The notes under the pieces: model-generated | Told to the model about the DNA's origin: nothing | The model's input: only the letters and a program-made list of their open reading frames with translations | Database searches by the model: none | Position numbers and translations under genes: made by a program | Part shown: positions 39,436-49,900 of the stretch, piece after piece | Numbering within the stretch: position 1 is the stretch's first letter | How the letters are laid out: each line of letters begins with the position of its first letter | Origin: a virus | Length of the DNA stretch: 64,000 bases | IMG/VR virus record: IMGVR_UViG_3300009008_000009 | Coordinates: 63,742-127,741 of that record | Strand: one strand, 5' to 3'

Positions 39436-41160
39436 TTACGCCGCTGCGCTGAGCGGTGCCACCGAGAATCCGTAGTTGAACTCGATGATGTTCATCGGGT
39501 AGATCGGGGCGTAGTTGAATCTCACCCAGATCTTAGTTGGGTTACTGGCGTCCTGAGTGACTTCAATATCACCGTAGCTCTCGATGATACCCTCTTTGAC
39601 AAGGGTTGCGAGAACCTGCTGCGTCCGGTTGGCAATGGCCTGAAGTCGGTTCAGGGTGATCTTGCGGTCCCTGCCCCGGAAGGTGCTCATGGCGGTTCGG
39701 AGCTGGTAACGCATCTCGTCTTCGGCGTCGACTACGCTGATCTCCTGATCTTCCACCGAAGTAGTGTTGCAGGTGATGCCGTGGTAAATGACGTGCGTTC
39801 CGCTTTCTTCCTTGACGTAGGTTCCGCCTGCGGCCTCAATGATATCCTGATACTCGACGTCAACCCAAAGCTCGACCGTGGCCGCCCATGTGAACCCGTT
39901 AATCACGGCGTTCGTAAGTGGTGTCGCTGGGTCTGGCCGTGAGCAAAGAGCTCCCGCTACTGCCGCCGCATAGAAGTGGGCGTCAACCGCCACTGGGCCT
40001 TCGACAAAGTTACCGTCCGTCCCCTGCTTCAGGTTAGCGTAGTACACCGACTTGTTTGGAACCAAGCCGATCATCCGCTTCGAACCCTGCATGGAGTTGA
40101 GCCAGTACAGAATGGAACCTGCGGTGGAAACGTCCCCAAGAACCGCACCCGAGGTTACAGCAACCACCCCGTTTCGTTCCATGCCGTAGTTGTCGCCAGA
40201 GTACTTCTCGCAATGCGCTCGCAGATACTGCTCAATGGCGGTTCCGCCCTTCAATACTGAGATGAAGGAGACTCGAACCGTCGCAAGAGTGTCCAGTGCC
40301 GTCTGGTAATGTGCTGAGGTCGTACCAGACGGTGCGACAACGTAGGCTTCAGTCGCTCCGTTGTCCTTGAATGCGTATCTGGCTGCGTTCGTGATATCCG
40401 ATCCCACACCGTGGTCATCAAGAATGTCACCGAAGTTGGTGTACAATGACTTCGTGTAGGTAAACACGGCGTAGTAGTAGGTAATGTAGTAAGCGCTTGC
40501 TGCTCCGGGCCGACGCTTTGCGGTGTTGGACGACGGTGGCGATGTTGCCGTCGTGGTCCCACCAGTCGCGCTGTACGAAGTGGTGTCGCCGTCAGCGATG
40601 GTAACAAGAAGCTCGTAGGTGCTACCCGTTGCAAGGTAGATCTTGTATCCACCCGCAAATGGAACCTTGGCCCACGTCAGGGCAACAACGTCGCCCGATG
40701 CTGAAACAGCGGCTGTAACCGCGTCGCTCGGGGTGGTCTCACCCGTACCTTCCTGATCGGTTGCGGTGATCTTGAACCCGAATGTACCGGTCACGGCCCA
40801 AGTCCCCGCTCCGGCGCTTACAGTCGGGGTGTCAACGGTCGGAGGCAGTATATTTCCTGCGGATGTCCAATCAACATCGCCGCTGGAATTGAGGGTAAAG
40901 TCAATGCCCTCGGTGTAAACCTCCTGTGTGTTCCCGGTGGAATTGGCAACCCGAACAACAGATCGAACGTCGTTGTTCGCCAGTGCATCAATGTACTGGC
41001 TTCCGGTTGTTCCGGAGGTGCCACCGGCAGTAACGGACTCATTTGAGACCAGAGTGTTCTTGCCCCGCGAAGCACCGACAAGACCCATCCGGCGTGCAGC
41101 AATGTTAACGGGGACGGAGCCCCCGGCTCCCGTTCTGCGTGCGATCACTTTGACTGGCAT
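39436..41160 (-). CDS. Tail sheath protein
   Basis: AFKDNGA, AAVAGAL...PLTN, EISVV, VRFNYAPIYPMNII C-terminus; inserted Ig/FN3-like domain. Confidence 0.9.
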   Translation of the reverse strand: MPVKVIARRTGAGGSVPVNIAARRMGLVGASRGKNTLVSNESVTAGGTSGTTGSQYIDALANNDVRSVVRVANSTGNTQEVYTEGIDFTLNSSGDVDWTSAGNILPPTVDTPTVSAGAGTWAVTGTFGFKITATDQEGTGETTPSDAVTAAVSASGDVVALTWAKVPFAGGYKIYLATGSTYELLVTIADGDTTSYSATGGTTTATSPPSSNTAKRRPGAASAYYITYYYAVFTYTKSLYTNFGDILDDHGVGSDITNAARYAFKDNGATEAYVVAPSGTTSAHYQTALDTLATVRVSFISVLKGGTAIEQYLRAHCEKYSGDNYGMERNGVVAVTSGAVLGDVSTAGSILYWLNSMQGSKRMIGLVPNKSVYYANLKQGTDGNFVEGPVAVDAHFYAAAVAGALCSRPDPATPLTNAVINGFTWAATVELWVDVEYQDIIEAAGGTYVKEESGTHVIYHGITCNTTSVEDQEISVVDAEDEMRYQLRTAMSTFRGRDRKITLNRLQAIANRTQQVLATLVKEGIIESYGDIEVTQDASNPTKIWVRFNYAPIYPMNIIEFNYGFSVAPLSAAA

Positions 41161-41191
41161 TGGACGTCTCCCGACATGTAACTCTTCGATT

Positions 41192-41203
41192 AATGATAGA
41201 CCT
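41192..41203 (-). promoter_or_regulatory. Putative phage late promoter element (AGGTCTATCATT)
   Basis: Intergenic, 32 nt upstream of the sheath start; identical to 1093-1104. Confidence 0.6.
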
Positions 41204-41235
41204 ATGGTCTCGCCCGTGGGACTTCAGAGAGCTGG

Positions 41236-41919
41236 TCAACCATTAATGCTGAGTGGGTTTTCCACAGTTATGTCATATCCTATCGAATCAATGGTTGGTC
41301 CGATTTGCTTGTACATCCGTGCCCACGGAAGTCGAATGCCGGTAACAGTCGCGGTCAGGATGAAAACACTGGCCTTGTCTGCTTTCGGATTCGTCTGAGG
41401 TACCGGCTTACCTGAAAAACGAAGACCAGCCTGTGGTATCTTAAAGTTGGCCTTCGAAAAAACATCTATGTATGGATCAAATAACGCAACCATAACGCGG
41501 TCGGCCATTGCCCCGACACCTAACCGTGATGTCGCTCGGCAGTAGATATCAACCTGAAATGACGCTTCCCCGGAAATCACCAAGTATGTCTCAACACGGG
41601 TGGCGTCGTCCGGGTCCGGCTGGTACTCTACTTCCTGAGCGTTGTTACTGAGTCCAGTGGCGTCAAGCGTTGTCATCCCAGCTTCAGCAACAATGGAAAA
41701 GTCCTGCCTATCTCCCACATGGTAAGCAGGGAGTAGCTTTGGGATGGCGTCGTCATTAATTTCATTCTGCGCACGGGACGCTTCATACCACTTTTTGATC
41801 TGGTTGATAAATAGATCTTCAAGTTCAACAATCGTATGATAAATAAACTGCGAGTCAGACCACGCTTGGATAATTGCAGCCCCCTGATCACCATATATTT
41901 TTTCAGGGATAGTGATCAT
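41236..41919 (-). CDS. Tail completion/terminator-like protein
   Basis: Immediately upstream of the sheath; FQVDIYC...MADRV pattern. Confidence 0.55.
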   Translation of the reverse strand: MITIPEKIYGDQGAAIIQAWSDSQFIYHTIVELEDLFINQIKKWYEASRAQNEINDDAIPKLLPAYHVGDRQDFSIVAEAGMTTLDATGLSNNAQEVEYQPDPDDATRVETYLVISGEASFQVDIYCRATSRLGVGAMADRVMVALFDPYIDVFSKANFKIPQAGLRFSGKPVPQTNPKADKASVFILTATVTGIRLPWARMYKQIGPTIDSIGYDITVENPLSING

Positions 41920-42323
41920 GACGGTTCCGTTGTTGTGGTTTGGACGTTTCCGTCACCATCGATATACAGGTAATGAGTCCCACCTGTTGAATTGGTCAGC
42001 TGGAAATAGTCTGGTTCACTTCGAATCAACGGACCAACCTCAATCCGTGAGTATGTTGTTGGAATCTGGGGAAGTACGCCTGCACCTGAAATAACAAGAG
42101 CGTAGACCCCGGGTTTGATATCAGTCAGGGTCGCATAACCGTAAACATCGGTGGTTCCGGTAATACCAGTCCCGGAACCAAATGGAGTCGCGGTCGTTCC
42201 GCTGGGGGCGTTGTCAATGATCTGTACCCCGTACTCGTAGAGAGTGACGGTCAGATTGTTGCGGCCACGGTCGGTGTTCGAATCGATCAACCGAACTTCA
42301 AGCGTATGTCCTGATACTGCCAT
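41916..42323 (-). CDS. Small Ig/transthyretin-like virion protein
   Basis: TTDVYGYATLTDIKPGVYALVISG motif typical of CnaB/carboxypeptidase-regulatory-like beta sandwiches. Confidence 0.55.
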   Translation of the reverse strand: MAVSGHTLEVRLIDSNTDRGRNNLTVTLYEYGVQIIDNAPSGTTATPFGSGTGITGTTDVYGYATLTDIKPGVYALVISGAGVLPQIPTTYSRIEVGPLIRSEPDYFQLTNSTGGTHYLYIDGDGNVQTTTTEPS

Positions 42324-43132
42324 TATGCAGCCCTCCGAATTCCGTAGCTACTGTCAAGATCAGATATAATAGATCGAGCTTGGTTATACTTACGTTGCAT
42401 CGAGATGGATTTATCGGACTCTTGGTATATCATTTTCATAACTTCCAGTCCAATTCTCCCACGAATATGTAGCTGATAAATTGAAGCGTGTGGGTATACT
42501 TGGCCTCTGTAATGTGGGAAGCTGGTCACCACAAAGTCTCTGAATGAGTCAACTATGGCGTACGTTCCACTGAGATTTATAAACGGAACACCTCGGTCGT
42601 CCACCCACATCCCACCGTCTCCGTCTATAACTCCACGCCAGAAGTGACGATTGGACTCGAGACTGGGGTGAACAGTAGCCGTATGAGTTTTATTTGGTGT
42701 GACATCGAATCTTATAAGATCTTTAACTACCCACCTTGATGTAATACACACTTCCGCCATATCTCCATAAACATTTGGAGACGTGTCAACTTCCATAAAG
42801 TCAATGAATCTTTTTATGCTCTCTACATCCTTGCGGTGAAGAGCTAGTTTTAATGATCCCTTACTATAAACACATCCATCGGCCAGCATAAATCCTAACC
42901 AGTATGATGATTCGTCGGTTATAGTTGAAAAAGCTCGATGATTGCATTCACGTGTATTTGTAAATCTGGCACTATGAATAATACCACCACTGCGTCTTAC
43001 GATATTTCGGATGGTTGCACCAGTCACATTGAATACCTTCCCAATCTCTGGCGAACTCATCCCGGAAGCATAAAGATCACATGCCTTCTGCTCATTCAAA
43101 GATGAAAGCGAATGTTTGTATTTCTTTCTCAT
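42323..43132 (-). mobile_element. Free-standing LAGLIDADG homing endonuclease with N-terminal HTH
   Basis: Two motifs YWLGFMLADG and HFWRGVIDGDG, C-terminal RKY; visibly more AT-rich than its flanks. Confidence 0.88.
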
Positions 43133-43998
43133 CGGTTTACACTGAACTCCGTCATCTGGCTTTCAAGATCATCCAACATGTCCTGATATTCTTGTGTGAA
43201 ATGTGAACTATCTCCTGAAAATTCAGTCCCGAGTTCGGGCTCAAACGCCGATCCAGCCACTTGAAACCCAAGCCCTTCTAAGTTATTTGACGCGTCCTCT
43301 AACCCGTAAATGACACCATCACGAAAGAAATGTTTCCCCGAGTAACCGGGATGATACCAACTCAACCCAGTCGGATTATACTTAGACGGACGTCCAATTG
43401 ACGCCTCGGTAATAGTCCTGTAAAAGATCTCGTCGCCGACTACCTCGGAAGTCCTGCCGCCACTCGTCTTCCGTGTCGACTTGCCCGGGTCCGTCACAAA
43501 GGGTGTGGCTGCACTCTGCCCTTTTGCTCCTCCGGCGTACGGTGTTCCGGGGCCTGCAAACTTAACCCGGGACACACCATGAATAACACGCCCGGTCCGT
43601 GGGTTTACTCGCTGACCTTGAACCTTGATCAGCGGTATAGTCTTTCCAACCAGCCACTTCATCGGCTGGGTCTTTACCCCGTACTCCTGATAGACCAAGT
43701 ACGCCGCTTCCTCATCGACATAAATATCTACATGCTTGTCAAGGGCCTGAAACTGCACGTTCTGTGCGCCGCGTCCCGTCTGGTGGATGAACTCAATGTT
43801 CCTACCGTCGCGTCCGGGCTGCGCTCCTGCCATAATTGCCCGAATGTTCTTCTGGCATACAAGTCCGATCCGGTACAGCAACTTCCTAATCGCCTCGTCC
43901 CACTGGGCTTGATCGGAAAGCCGCAGCCATGTGTCGGGGAGTGAAACAATCTTGATCTGTACCCCGTACTCTGGAAGTGGTACGGACGGGGTAAACAT
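43129..43998 (-). CDS. Neck/tail-completion protein (HK97 gp10-like)
   Basis: TGRGAQNV, YLVYQEYG, WYHPGYSGKHF motifs. Confidence 0.6.
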   Translation of the reverse strand: MFTPSVPLPEYGVQIKIVSLPDTWLRLSDQAQWDEAIRKLLYRIGLVCQKNIRAIMAGAQPGRDGRNIEFIHQTGRGAQNVQFQALDKHVDIYVDEEAAYLVYQEYGVKTQPMKWLVGKTIPLIKVQGQRVNPRTGRVIHGVSRVKFAGPGTPYAGGAKGQSAATPFVTDPGKSTRKTSGGRTSEVVGDEIFYRTITEASIGRPSKYNPTGLSWYHPGYSGKHFFRDGVIYGLEDASNNLEGLGFQVAGSAFEPELGTEFSGDSSHFTQEYQDMLDDLESQMTEFSVNR

Positions 43999-46900
43999 CA
44001 GTATTCATCCCCTCGAATCACCTCATTTGCGTAGTTCTTCAAGTCGCTCAGTACATCTGCACTCAATTCGTCTGAGTACGAGGGGCTTGAAATCTTGGCC
44101 CCACCGTCGTCCAAGAGTTCAACCTCGACCGGTGTTTGCTCGTCCCAGTCGGTGAAGGTACCGCCGCTGTTGAGTGCGTCGAGGAATGTCTCTAGTGAAG
44201 AATAGTCGTTCCTCTCCCACCCGGCTGTCATGGTGTATGACGGAGTCTGGACTTTTATAATGCCGCCCCAGTCATATGGCTCAAAGGCTACTTCCGTGTT
44301 CGCTGTTGCCTCTAACTGCGCATCCTTACTAATCTTGAACATCATCACTGTTGAAGTTCCGTCCATTAGCGTCCCGGGAACATAGGGCTGGTCTTCATCT
44401 TCAAGGATGAGCCCAAGATCCGCTCCAATGTCTCGTGCAGTCTGCGCGTGGTCGTTGTCAATGGTAAGATCTACGTAGCCGGGTTTGTCGGACATCTCAA
44501 CCACCACCTGCTGAACACCAGCTGACTCAAGCTCAGACTCAAAGTCCTCGGCAATGGAAGCTCGCCGCTTGTGAGCAACGCTCAGGAACCCACTCCCATC
44601 GTCGTTGACCAGTCCTTGGCTTACCGCCTCTGAAACTGCTTTGTCAATCTCGGCCTGATCGGTAAAGTCCGCGTCGAAGAAGGTGTAAAGGGACGCCGGG
44701 GCGACTGTGGCACCACCGCCCTCGTTCTCATTCAAGATTCGGACGGCGTTGGCAATGCCCTCCGGAGAGATGGTGGGGAAGTCCATGTCGCTTGGATCGC
44801 CACCGACACCAAGTTCAGCTACATTACCCGCATCCTTCAGTAGGAAGTATGTCTCTCCGGGTCCGTCAGTGAATGGGGCTGAGAAAAGGACACCACCTCC
44901 GGCCACACCGACTTCAGTATATCCCTCCTGATCTAACCAGCTCTCGGCTTCTTCAGCAGACGCAAAGTCTTGATATGGATTAGAGGCTAATTGGTCGCCG
45001 TTTTCGTTGGATTCCCAAATATTAACAGACGCCTGAGATTCAGTCGATCCCATCACCGTGGTACGCTTGTACTCTTCCCAGAATGCTGTTCCGCGTGGAG
45101 ACCCGGTTTCATTTGCGTCGGCCTTTTTACTGGAGGTGTACTCATCCCAACCTGAGTCAATGTCAATCATCGTGTCAGTTCCGATGCTGGCGGTAGGAAA
45201 AAGTACCCATTCGGTAGCAGTAAAATACTGAACCTCGGTGTCTAGAGCGTACCCACCCATGTCATTAGAATTAAGCCAGTCTTCCATAGTGGCTAAACTC
45301 GACTTGGGCATGGAAACGGTGTAAATCAGATTACCGTGGTCGTCGGTTTCTTTCACCCCACTCTGAGTATTAACCTCTGGAATTGCAGATTCAATAGCCT
45401 GCACTACGTTTGCAAATGCAGTTTCTCGGTCCTGAAGATACTGAGTGTCGGATATCTCATCTTCATCGGGATGGTCCTCTTCCCAGTCATGCTCTGCAAA
45501 GAGGATAGTGAAGCCTACCGCAACTTCATCCCCGTCCTGAGCACGTCGTACCCGTGTTGCCCGCATCTGCTTCCGAGTCCGGGAGATGGTAATCATCTCC
45601 ATACCACCATGATCGTCCTGTATCCACACATTCGGGTAGAACTGGTCGTTCTCCATGTGGTGCTTGATGGCCTCATCTCGATCTTCGAAGATGCGTCCGT
45701 CCGACTTAACGCGGAACCCGGTCTCAACTCGTGTCAGCCGGGGGATGATGTTCTCTTCTTCCCACCGGGTCCACTCATCCATGCTCATGCTCAAGTCATC
45801 GGTGTCAGTTCCGGTCGCTTCCCCGTAAAGTTCGGTCTCGTGCTCTACCGCATCAACTTTGTCATTGTGACCAGAGTACTGAGTCCCGTCGCTGGTGATC
45901 CATGCACCGTCATAGGTCTCCTCAATGACGATGTCGCCTTTCTGGTAAGCATCAGTTCCGTCAAAGACAATGTCATCCGGCTCGGCTTCGACTACATCCT
46001 CGCCGTCGTAGGCCCGCTTGCTCTTGCTACTGAGAAAAGGGTCGGTTACCAGACCTCCGGCCTGTTCCATTATACTGTCCATAACTCGAACAACATCGTC
46101 ATCATACTCGTCACGAACCCAGAGGGTTGTTATATCCCCAGATTCCTCAAAGTAAAAGTTCTCAGACCCAACACCCGCTTCCTGTAAAGCCTGAGAAACA
46201 GTGTCTTGTCCAATATCTGTGCTGAAATCATAACCAGTTTCTGCACCCGGGTACATGCCAGCACGTTTGGTCCGACGATTCCTACGGCTCAGAAAAGGAG
46301 GGTCGGTTACCTGACCTCCACCGCTACCTTCCATGAAAATGTCAAGTAGGTCTGTTACCCTTTCAACATCCTCATCTTGAATCCAAAGCGTCATACTGGC
46401 AGCGTCGCCCTCAAGTGAATAGTCACTATCAGGAATACCAGCACCGGTCAGTACCTGTGCAAGGTCCGCAATGTCCGTGTCGGGGCTGAGACTGAAGCTA
46501 GTCTGCCCAGCACGTTTGGTCCGACGATTCCTACGGCTCAGAAAAGGACCGTTATCTTGTACCTGTACTGATCCGTATAGCTGCTGGAGTTCGTTCTCAG
46601 CTTCCTCTTCCGAGTCATATGGACCTACCCAGTCAGTTTGATCCATGTACCCGGGTGCAGAAAGCTGGGCGCACCACCCCTCTTTAAAGTAAATCTCATC
46701 TTCGTAGATGTCGTCACCCTCAACGTAGTCCCGAATACTGTCCAGCCACGTTTGGAACTCTTCGCTTTCCGGGTCTTTATTGGTGGGAAGACCTGTCAAC
46801 TCGGACGGTAGAACAAAGCCACCACTATAAGCGTAACCCACCACCCACGTATCATACATAGTAACGGGTTCCATAAAGTCTGCGTTCTTGTGCTGTTCTT

Positions 46901-49900
46901 CCCCGTCTGCCGACGCAATCCAAATACGAGGCCCAACCATGTCAGCCAGTTTCTTGCCGTGCTTCTTGCCGTAGTAACTGACCGGCGAGCAGCAGTCATA
47001 GTAATCGTAATAGTCTGACGGTCCCCACCATGAAGCGAATGATCCGAAGTTGTCTTGGATGTCGGCGTAGCTCCAACCTGCTGTCTTGTCGAGCAGATGG
47101 AGAACTGTGCTTGCGGCCACGGTACCCTTGAGCCTGAAGTACATGTAGACCCGGTTTGTGCTGCTGACCGCTTTGTCGGCCTCGGCCTCGGGCTTCAGCA
47201 GGTCGTTAACCGCCTGATCTCCCTCGTCCCAGCCACCTGTAATGCGGCGGATGATGTTGCTGATCGTGTACCAGTCAAGCTCGCATAGCATCTCTGCGCC
47301 AACCGACAGAATGTTGAGTTCAGAACCGGCCAGCGATTCAAGCGCCTGCTGGCGTCCGGCCTCGCTCAGGTGAGTCCACCATTCCCATGCGTCCCACGAG
47401 TAGTAAATGCTCTCGGTCGACTCCTTGGACTCTGCGTCCTCGACCCGAGCAAGCAGCTCCTCCGGGAATACGGTGTTCAAGTCGGTCGGTGGGTTACCGT
47501 TCGCAAGGTATGAGCCCTCGAGCCGGATGTGGTAAGTTACGTCATCGTCACCTGCGGCCTCCTCGGGTCCGTAACTGGCAACCCGCACAGTGCTCGATGT
47601 TCTCGATGCGTAGGGTTCAACATCCTTCATGGCTGTAAGGACGGCCTCAATGTCGTCGAGGCTGTCAGTGGAAATGGCAGATTCGAGCTTTGATGTCCAT
47701 TCATCTTCCATGACCGTGGTCAGGAAGTTGGAAAGTGTACGATCCAGCTCGTCCCTTGCCGTCCCGTCCTCATCGTCTCGCGCCCTTTGAATCAGCGCAA
47801 GAATCTCGGTTGGGTTTTCGGTAACGAGGTCGGTGGCCTCATGTGTGCTTGCCATCATTGTTGGTTCAGTTCCGTAGGCCAGCATATGAAGTTCTTCAAA
47901 TGTAAGATTGTGCCTTTCGGCAACATCTTTCATTTTTTCATCGTGGTCTACAACATTCCCAACAGAGTCTTCTACAATCTTAACCCACTCGCGCATTGCC
48001 GCACGTTCATCGTCAGTTTCTGGAACTGGAGCCCACTCATACGAGGTCTTCGCAGCCGTGGTAGCACCCCTTGACGAATAGTGTAGTACTCTTGATGCGT
48101 ACGGTTCAACGGTCTGCATGTCCGTGAGAACAGCTGCAATCTCGTCAAGATTATCGGTGGAGATGGCGGCTTCGAGCTTTGCCGTCCAGTCGTCCTCCAT
48201 AACCGTGGTCAGGAAGTTGGCAAGTACCTGATCCAGATCTCCCTTTAATGACCCATCTTCATCTTCTCGCGTCTCCTGAATCAGCGCAAGAATCTCGGTT
48301 GGGTTTTCGGTGAAGGGGTCGCTGGGTACATGTGTATTTGCCGTGGTCTGAACGTACTTGAGAATTGCCTCGATCCGGTCAAGGTCACGGTCAAGTAGTG
48401 CACTTTCCATCTTATCCCATGACTCTTCGGTCAGGGCAGATCCAAATTCACCATGTCCCATCGCATCGCTGACGTTCTGAAGAAGAGCATCGACGTACAT
48501 ACTGTCTGTAAGTGCCTTATCAAGGTCGGCGAGAAGGGAAGTGATTGTGCTGGCCGCATCGGCTTTCTTCCGACGTGAAGATCGAAATTCCGTTGTGTCA
48601 TAACTGTCAAGGAATTCATCCCACCCGAATTTAACTTCCTCGTCGTCTTTGTCCATCTTAACCGTAAATTCTGACCCGGTGTTCTCGGTAACAACACCTG
48701 TGTCTCCAACAGCATAAATTTGCTCTGGGTTGGCAGTCATACTGAATGCAGTGATAGTTTCAACCTTGGTGCCAACTGGAAAGTACTCATCAGTAATTTC
48801 CTTGAGCGGTACACCACCCGGTTTCCGTTCCTCAGCGATCTGCAACCATGTGTCAGCGCTGGCACCACGCTTCCGTGAGGTTATGAGCTTTACATCCTTC
48901 AGGGCGTCAACGTCCATGTACACTTCATATACTTCTTCAGCCTCAATATCGTCCGCAGCCTGTCGAGCGTCTTCAATGGCTGTCTCAACACTGGCGTACT
49001 CTTTCATGACCATCTGGTCACCAGCTCCGTTCGCCAGAATGAGCTTGGACTTGGTTCCGTACAAGGTGATGAGATCATCGCCCCAAGACGCCAGAACCTT
49101 GGCGTTCTTGATTTCACCTGCCCGTGACCCACTTGCCACTAGGTCAGCGGCAAGAACCGCAAGTTCAATGTCACCATCGAGAACCTGAACCGTTGGATAA
49201 GCATAGCTCACAACCGTCAACTTGGTCTTTGCTGCGATGATACCAAGGTTATCTTGTGAGCTGCGGGAAGTAGAATACCATTGCGGTCGTCCTGAAACTA
49301 ACAGAAAGTGGACAGGACCACGGGCGTCCCGACCAGCACCGTTGTCTTCCACCATATATCCAGCGTCCTCAAGGATATTCGTGGCCTCCGTAGACTTATT
49401 GGGGTCAATAGATACATCCACAAAGCCAAGCCCACTACCTTGATCTGAAACATCAAAGTCATCTGTAATTGACTCTAGCAGTTGCGTGACTTCAGATACA
49501 TCAGCACTCGTAGCCACCAACGACGCAATAACGTCCCGGGAGAGAACGTAGGTATCGCCGGGGAAGATGCGTGACCCCATACCGGTGACTGGGGCTCCGT
49601 TGTCAACGCAGATGTGGTCTGTCTCGCCGTTCAAGTAATCGGGACAGGCCAACACACGCTGCTTCCCGAGCTTGGACTCACGGGCTGTCTTACCACATGT
49701 GTCACACACCGGGTAAATGGGTGGGAACACCTGCATCATGCCGCCGTTCCGGGAAAGAGTCACGGTCCGACCTGTCGACCGGGCAATACGAAGGGCGCTG
49801 ACATAAGCCTGCGCGTCACTGCCATAGAAGGTAGCGATAATCTCACGTCCGTCCGCAGTGTCGAACATATCAGTTGCACCGATGTGGCGCTGGACAGAAG

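Noticed and set aside
42323-43998. Group I intron or intein hosting the LAGLIDADG ORF
   Set aside because: The ORF has its own start and stop overlapping intact neighbours; no flanking non-coding RNA and no intein terminal motifs.
46258-46548. 42-bp repeats as a mini-CRISPR or DGR template/variable repeat
   Set aside because: Only two full copies, separated by 207 nt of in-frame coding sequence; no adenine-specific mismatches; no cas or reverse transcriptase gene in the window.
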